Shown here: positions 56,601 through 64,000 of the stretch, piece after piece
How the letters are laid out: every line of letters begins with the position of its first letter
How positions within the stretch are numbered: the stretch's first letter is position 1
Position numbers and translations under genes: made by a program
Source: Eledone cirrhosa
Lineage: Eukaryota
Assembly: GCA_964016885.1 (NCBI GenBank)
Contig: OZ024745.1
Span: 65,534,001 to 65,598,000 of the forward strand
Length of the DNA stretch: 64,000 nt
Direction: 5' to 3'
The notes under the pieces: generated by a model
Told to the model about the DNA's origin: nothing
The model's input: only the letters and a program-made list of their open reading frames with translations
The model's database searches: none

Positions 56601-59600
56601 AGGGGGATCCATTTTTTATTTGGGGGATCCATTTTTTATTTGGGTGATTCATTTTTTATTTGCGGGATCCATTCTTTATTTGGGTGATCCATTTTTTATT
56701 TGTGGGATCCATTTTTTATTTGGGGGATCCATTTTTTATTGGGGGATCCATTTTTTATTTGGGTGATCCATTTTTTATTTGCGTGATCCATTTTTTATTT
56801 GGGGGATCCATTTTTTATTTGGGTGATCCATTTTTTATTTGGGTGATCCATTTTTTATTGGGGGATCCATTTTTTATTTGGGGGATCCATTTTTTATTTG
56901 GGTGATCCATTTTTTATTTGGGTGATCCATTTTTTAATTGGGGGATCCATTTTTTATTTGGGTGATCCATTTTTTATTTGGGTGATCCATTTTTTATTTG
57001 GGGGATCCATTTTTTATTTGGGGGCAGAATTTTTATTTGGGTGATCCATTTTCTATTTGGGTGATCCATTTTTTATTTGGGGGATCCATTTTTTATTTGG
57101 GGGATCCATTTTTTATTTGGGTGATCCATTTTTTTATGGGGGATCCATTTTTTATTTGGGTGATCCATTTTTTATTTTTGGGATCCATTTTTTATTTGGG
57201 GGATCCATTTTTTATTTGGGGGATCCATTTTTTATTTGGGTGATCCATTTTTTATTTGGGTGATCCATTTCTTATTTGGGGGATCCATTTTTTATTGGGG
57301 GATCCATTTTTTATTTGGGGGATCCATTTTTTATTTGGGTGATCCATTTTTTATTTGGGTGATCCATTTTTTAATTGGGGGATCCATTATTTTATTTGGG
57401 GGTCCATTTTTTATTTGGGTGATCCATTTTTTATTTGGGTGATCCATTTTTTATTTGGGGGATCCATTTTTTATTTGGGTCATCCATTTTTTATTTGGGG
57501 GATCCATTTTTTATTTGGGGGATCCATTTTTTATTTTGGGTGATCCATTTTTTATTAGGGGGATCCATTTTTTATTTGGGTGATCCATTTTTATTTGTAG
57601 ATCCATTTTTTATTTGGGTGATCCATTTTTTAATTGGATGATCCATTTTTTATTTGGGGGATCCATTTTTTATTTGGGTGATCCATTTTTTATTTGGGTG
57701 ATCCATTTTTTAATTGGGGGATCCATTATTTTATTTGGGGGTCCATTTTTTATTTGGGTGATCCATTTTTTATTTGGGTGATCCATTTTTTATTTGGGGG
57801 ATCCATTTTTTATTTGGGTGATCCATTTTTTATTTGGGTGATCCATTTTTTATTTGAGGCATCCATTTTATAATTGGGTGATCCATTTTTTATTTGGGTG
57901 ATCCATTTTTTATTTGGGTGATCCTTTTTTTATTTGGGGGATCCATTTTTTATTTGGGGGAACCATTTTTTATTTGGGGGATCCATTTTTTATTTGGGTG
58001 ATCCTTTTTTTATTTGGGTGATCCATTTTTTATTTGGGGGATCCATTTTTTATTTGGGGGATCCATTTTTTATTTGGGGGATCCATTTTTTATTTGGGGT
58101 ATCCATTTTTTATTTGGGTGATCCATTTTTTATTTGGGGGATCCATTTTTTATTTGGGGGATACATTTTTTATTTGGGTGATCCATTTTTTATTTGGGTG
58201 ATTCATTTTTTATTTGCGGGATCCGTTCTTTATTTGGGTGATCCATTTTTTATTTGGGTGATCCATTTTTTATTTGAGGCATCCATTTTATAATTGGGTG
58301 ATCCATTTTTTATTTGGGTGATCCATTTTTTATTTGGAGGATCCATTTTTTATTTGGGTGATCCATTATTTATTAGGGGGATCCATTTTTTATTTGGGGG
58401 ATCCATTTTTTATTTGGGTGATTCATTTTTTATTTGCGGGATCCGTTCTTTATTTGGGTGATCCATTTTTTATTTGTGGGATCCATTTTTTATTTGGGGG
58501 ATCCATTTTTTATTTGAGGGATCCATTATTTATTTGGGTGATCCACTTTTTATTTGGGTGATCCATTTTTTATTTGGGTGATCCATTTTTTATTTGGGTG
58601 ATCCATTTTTTATTTGGGTGATCCATTTTTTATTTGAGGCATCCATTTTATAATTGGGTGATCCATTTTTTATTTGGGTGATCCATTTTTTATTTGGGTG
58701 ATCCTTTTTTATTTGGGGGATCCATTTTTTATTTGGGGGAACCATTTTTTATTTGGGGGATCCATTTTTTATTTGGGTGATCCATTTTTTATTTGGGTGA
58801 TCCATTTTTTATTTGGGGGATCCATTTTTTATTTGGGGGATCCATTTTTTATTTGGGGGATCCATTTTTTATTTGGGGTATCCATTTTTTATTTGGGTGA
58901 TCCATTTTTTATTTGGGGGATCCATTTTTTATTTGGGGGATCCATTTTTTATTTGGGTGATCCATTTTTTATTTGGGTGATCCATTTTTTATTTGGAGGA
59001 TCCATTTTTTATTTGGGTGATCCATTATTTATTAGGGGGATCCATTTTTTATTTGGGGGATCCATTTTTTATTTGGGTGATTCATTTTTTATTTGCGGGA
59101 TCCATTCTTTATTTGGGTGATCCATTTTTTATTTGTGGGATCCATTTTTTATTTGGGGGATCCATTTTTTATTGGGGGATCCATTTTTTATTTGGGTGAT
59201 CCATTTTTTATTTGCTTGATCCATTTTTTATTTGGGGGATCCATTTTTTATTTGGGTGATCCATTTTTTATTTGGGTGATCCATTTTTTATTGGGGGATC
59301 CATTTTTTATTTGGGGCATCCATTTTTTATTTGGGTGATCCATTTTTTATTTGGGTGATCCATTTTTTAATTGGGGGATCCATTTTTTATTTGGGTGATC
59401 CATTTTTTATTTGGGTGATCCATTTTTTATTTGGGGGATCCATTTTTTATTTGGGGGCAGAATTTTTATTTGGGTGATCCATTTTCTATTTGGGTGATCC
59501 ATTTTTTATTTGGGGGATCCATTTTTTATTTGGGGGATCCATTTTTTATTTGGGTGATCCATTCTTTTATGGGGGATCCATTTTTTATTTGGGTGATCCA

Positions 59601-61560
59601 TTTTTTATTTTTGGGATCCATTTTTTATTTGGGGGATCCATTTTTTATTTGGGGGATCCATTTTTTATTTGGGTGATCCATTTTTTATTTGGGTGATCCA
59701 TTTCTTATTTGGGGGATCCATTTTTTATTGGGGGATCCATTTTTTATTTGGGGGATCCATTTTTTATTTGGGTGATCCATTTTTTATTTGGGTGATCCAA
59801 TTTTTAATTGGGGGATCCATTATTTTATTTGGGGGTCCATTTTTTATTTGGGTGATCCATTTTTTATTTGGGTGATCCATTTTTTATTTGGGGGATCCAA
59901 TTTTTTATTTGGGTCATCCATTTTTTATTTGGGGGATCCATTTTTTATTTGGGGGATCCATTTTTTATTTTGGGTGATCCATTTTTTATTAGGGGGATCC
60001 ATTTTTTATTTGGGTGATCCATTTTTATTTGTAGATCCATTTTTTATTTGGGTGATCCATTTTTTAATTGGATGATCCATTTTTTATTTGGGGGATCCAT
60101 TTTTTATTTGGGGGATCCATTATTTATTTGGGTGATCCATTTTTTATTTGGGTGATCCATTTTTTATTTGGGGGATCCATTTTTATTTGGGTGATCCATT
60201 TTTTATTTGGGTGATCCATTTTTTAATTGGGGGATCCATTTTTTATTTGGTTGATCCATTTTTTAATTGGGTGATCCATTTTTTATTTGGGGGATCCATT
60301 TTTTATTTGGGGGATCCATTCTTTATTTGGGGGATCCATTGTTTATTTGGGTGATCCATTTTTTATTTGGGTGATCCATTTTTTATTTGGGGGATCCATT
60401 TTTTATTTGGGTGATCCATTTTTTATTTGGGTGATCCATTTTTTATTTGTGGGATCCATTTTTTATTTGGGGGATCCATTTTTTATTTGGGTGATCCTTT
60501 TTTTATTTGGGTGATCCATTTTTTATTTGGGTGATCCATTTTTTATTTGGGGGATCCATTTTTTATTTGGGTGATCCATTTTTTATTTGGGGGATCCATT
60601 TTTTATTTGGGGGATCCATTTTTTATTTGGGTGATCCATTTTTTATTTGGGTGATCCATTTTTTATTTGGGGGGATCCATTTTTAATTTGGGTGATCCAT
60701 TTTTTATTTGGGGGATCCATTTTTTATTTGGGTGATCCATTTTTTATTTGGGGGATCCATTTTTTATTTGGGTGATCCATTTTTTATTTGGGTGATCCAT
60801 TTTTTAATTAGGTGATCCATTTTTATTTGGGTGATCCATTTTTTACTTGGGGGATCCATTTATTATTTGGGTGATCCATTTTTTATTTTGCTGATTCATT
60901 TTTTATTTGGGTGATCCATTTTTTATTTGGGGGATCCATTTTTTATTTGGGTGATCCATTTTTTATTTGGGGGATCCATTTTTTATTTGGGTGATCCATT
61001 TTTTATTTGGGTGATCCATTTTTTATTTGGGGGATCCATTTTTTATTTGGGTGATCCATTTTTTATTTGGGTGATCCATTTTTTATTTGGGGGATCCATT
61101 TTTTATTTGGGTGATCCATTTTTTATTTGGGTGGTCCATTTTTTATTTGGGTGATCCATTTTTTATTTGGGTGATCCATTTTTTATTTGGGTGATCCATT
61201 TTTTATTTGGGGGATACATTTTTTATTTGGGGGATCCATTTTTTATTTGGGTGATCCATTTTTTATTTGGGTGATCCATTTTTTATTTGGAGGATCCATT
61301 TTTTATTTGGGTGATCCATTATTTATTAGGGGGATCCATTTTTTATTTGGGGGATCCATTTTTTATTTGGGTGATTCATTTTTTATTTGCGGGATCCATT
61401 CTTTATTTGGGTGATCCATTTTTTATTTGTGGGATCCATTTTTTATTTGGGGGATCCATTTTTTATTGGGGGATCCATTTTTTATTTGGGTGATCCATTT
61501 TTTATTTGCGTGATCCATTTTTTTATTTGGGGGATCCATTTTTTATTTGGGTGATCCATT
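45730..61560 (+). repeat. Large near-tandem duplication with ~8.1-8.2 kb period (about 45730-53480 versus 53915-61560)
   Basis: The offset is 8183 for 45920/54103 through 49252/57435, 8163 for 49771/57934 through 51985/60148, and 8083 for 52844/60927 through 53204/61287. Private variants GCTTGATCC, CCGTTCTTT and TTTTGCTGATTC are shared. Confidence 0.92.
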
Positions 61561-64000
61561 TTTTATTTGGGTGATCCATTTTTTATTGGGGGATCCATTT
61601 TTTATTTGGGTGATCCATTTTTTATTTGGGTGATCCATTTTTTAATTGGGGGATCCATTTTTTATTTGGGTGATCCATTTTTTATTTGGGTGATCCATTT
61701 TTTATTTGGGGGATCCATTTTTTATTTGGGGGCAGAATTTTTATTTGGGTGATCCATTTTCTATTTGGGTGATCCATTTTTTATTTGGGGGATCCATTTT
61801 TTATTTGGGGGATCCATTTTTTATTTGGGTGATCCATTCTTTTATGGGGGATCCATTTTTTATTTGGGTGATCCATTTTTTATTTTTGGGATCCATTTTT
61901 TATTTGGGGGATCCATTTTTTATTTGGGGGATCCATTTTTTATTTGGGTGATCCATTTTTTATTTGGGTGATCCATTTCTTATTTGGGGGATCCATTTTT
62001 TATTGGGGGATCCATTTTTTATTTGGGGGATCCATTTTTTATTTGGGTGATCCATTTTTTATTTGGGTGATCCATTTTTTAATTGGGGGATCCATTATTT
62101 TATTTGGGGGTCCATTTTTTATTTGGGTGATCCATTTTTTATTTGGGTGATCCATTTTTTATTTGGGGGATCCATTTTTTATTTGGGTCATCCATTTTTT
62201 ATTTGGGGGATCCATTTTTTATTTGGGGGATCCATTTTTTATTTTGGGTGATCCATTTTTTATTAGGGGGATCCATTTTTTATTTGGGTGATCCATTTTT
62301 ATTTGTAGATCCATTTTTTATTTGGGTGATCCCTTTTTTAATTGGATGATCCATTTTTTATTTGGGGGATCCATTTTTTATTTGGGTGATCCATTTTTTA
62401 TTTGGGTGATCCATTTTTTAATTGGGGGATCCATTATTTTATTTGGGGTTCCATTTTTTATTTGGGTGATCCATTTTTTATTTGGGTGATCCATTTTTTA
62501 TTTGGGGGATCCATTTTTTATTTGGGTGATCCATTTTTTATTTGGGTGATCCATTTTTTATTTGGGTGATCCATTTTTTATTTGAGGCATCCATTTTATA
62601 ATTGGGTGATCCATTTTTTATTTGGGTGATCCATTTTTTATTTGGGTGATCCTTTTTTTATTTGGGGGATCCATTTTTTATTTGGGGGAACCATTTTTTA
62701 TTTGGGGGATCCATTTTTTATTTGGGTGATCCATTTTTTATTTGGGTGATCCATTTTTTATTTGGGGGATCCATTTTTTATTTGGGGGATCCATTTTTTA
62801 TTTGGGGGATCCATTTTTTATTTGGGGTATCCATTTTTTATTTGGGTGATCCATTTTTTATTTGGGGGATCCATTTTTTATTTGGGGGATCCATTTTTTA
62901 TTTGGGTGATCCATTTTTTTATTTGGGTGATCCATTTTTTATTTGGAGGATCCATTTTTTATTTGGGTGATCCATTATTTATTAGGGGGATCCATTTTTT
63001 ATTTGGGGGATCCATTTTTTATTTGGGTGATTCATTTTTTATTTGCGGGATCCATTCTTTATTTGGGTGATCCATTTTTTATTTGTGGGATCCATTTTTT
63101 ATTTGGGGGATCCATTTTTTATTTGAGGGATCCATTATTTATTTGGGTGATCCATTTTTTATTTGGGTGATCCATTTTTTATTTGGGTGATCCATTTTTT
63201 ATTTGGGTGATCCATTTTTTATTTGGGTGATCCATTTTTTATTTGAGGCATCCATTTTATAATTGGGTGATCCATTTTTTATTTGGGTGGTCCATTTTTT
63301 ATTTGGGTGATCCTTTTTTATTTGGGGGATCCATTTTTTATTTGGGGGAACCATTTTTTATTTGGGGGATCCATTTTTTATTTGGGTGATCCATTTTTTA
63401 TTTGGGTGATCCATTTTTTATTTGGGGGATCCATTTTTTATTTGGGGGATCCATTTTTTATTTGGGGGATCCATTTTTTATTTGGGGTATCCATTTTTTA
63501 TTTGGGTGATCCATTTTTTATTTGGGGGATCCATTTTTTATTTGGGGGATCCATTTTTTATTTGGGTGATCCATTTTTTATTTGGGTGATCCATTTTTTA
63601 TTTGGAGGATCCATTTTTTATTTGGGTGATCCATTATTTATTAGGGGGACCCATTTTTTATTTGGGGGATCCATTTTTTATTTGGGTGATTCATTTTTTA
63701 TTTGCGGGATCCATTCTTTATTTGGGTGATCCATTTTTTATTTGTGGGATCCATTTTTTATTTGGGGGATCCATTTTTTATTGGGGGATCCATTTTTTAT
63801 TTGGGTGATCCATTTTTTATTTGCGTGATCCATTTTTTATTTGGGGGATCCATTTTTTATTTGGGTGATCCATTTTTTATTTGGGTGATCCATTTTTTAT
63901 TGGGGGATCCATTTTTTATTTGGGGCATCCATTTTTTATTTGGGTGATCCATTTTTTATTTGGGTGATCCATTTTTTAATTGGGGGATCCATTTTTTATT

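Larger units (their letters stand above)
1..64000 (+). repeat. 20-bp tandem satellite DNA array, consensus ATTTTTTATTTGGG(T/G)GATCC, about 3,200 head-to-tail monomers, running to both window edges
   Basis: Directly visible throughout: three monomers per 60-nt line, all in one orientation. Position 15 is dimorphic (18 T : 12 G in the first 30 monomers). Other monomers differ by scattered substitutions and 1-2 bp indels (18-21 bp units). No non-repeat sequence anywhere. Confidence 0.99.

Noticed and set aside
310-63947. Hundreds of short + strand ORFs with hydrophobic repeats (GDPFFIWGIHFLFGGSIFYL)
   Set aside because: A 20-bp period gives a 20-aa repeat cycling through all three frames. Starts are TTG/GTG inside the monomer and stops occur wherever a T-type monomer places TGA in frame. 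ORF length only reflects the G/T barcode, and there is no unique domain or codon structure.
1-64000. CRISPR array
   Set aside because: Repeats abut directly with no unique spacers, leader or cas genes.
1-64000. Directly telomerase-synthesised tract, including a two-template model for the G/T dimorphism
   Set aside because: The order of G/T states and rare variants is copied over many kilobases, which indicates DNA-templated duplication rather than de novo repeat addition.
1-64000. Canonical G-quadruplex array
   Set aside because: G3-G5 runs are separated by 15-17 nt loops, well beyond the canonical 1-7 nt. Stable intramolecular G4 is not supported without CD or G4-seq data.
1-64000. Long recoded ORF if TGA were read as Trp or Sec
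   Set aside because: Read-through would lengthen the ORFs, but frequent 1-2 bp indels, TAA/TAG variants and a period not divisible by three show no frame preservation.
1-64000. Embedded transposon, inversion, RNA gene, promoter or terminator
   Set aside because: No non-satellite insert or strand switch was seen. The largest departure from consensus is the CAGA replacement, and the T runs lack a strong preceding GC-rich hairpin.
1-64000. Pure sequencing artefact or synthetic concatemer
   Set aside because: Rare variants recur in conserved order in nested blocks with lineage-like sharing, which random error would not produce. Isolated homopolymer indels and the exact copy number of large blocks could still be errors.

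Overview
The whole 64-kb window is one uninterrupted, single-orientation tandem satellite array of about 3,200 copies of a 20-bp monomer, consensus ATTTTTTATTTGGG(T/G)GATCC (about 30-35% GC; the + strand is strongly T/G-rich). I see no unique sequence, gene, RNA gene, transposon or CRISPR spacer. Every ORF in the supplied track is a translation artefact of the 20-bp period. The informative content is internal. One dimorphic G/T position per monomer, plus rare marker monomers, form a barcode that reveals nested higher-order duplications of about 239 bp, 640-660 bp, 1.0 kb, 2.2-2.7 kb, 6.2 kb, 7.5-7.9 kb, 8.1-8.2 kb and 21 kb, and a left-to-right turnover of repeat subfamilies. The organism and chromosomal location (centromeric, pericentromeric or subtelomeric) cannot be determined from this window. 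I find no evidence for a new protein-coding system. Duplication boundaries were placed by eye from marker monomers and ORF-track offsets and are approximate, to within about 100 bp.
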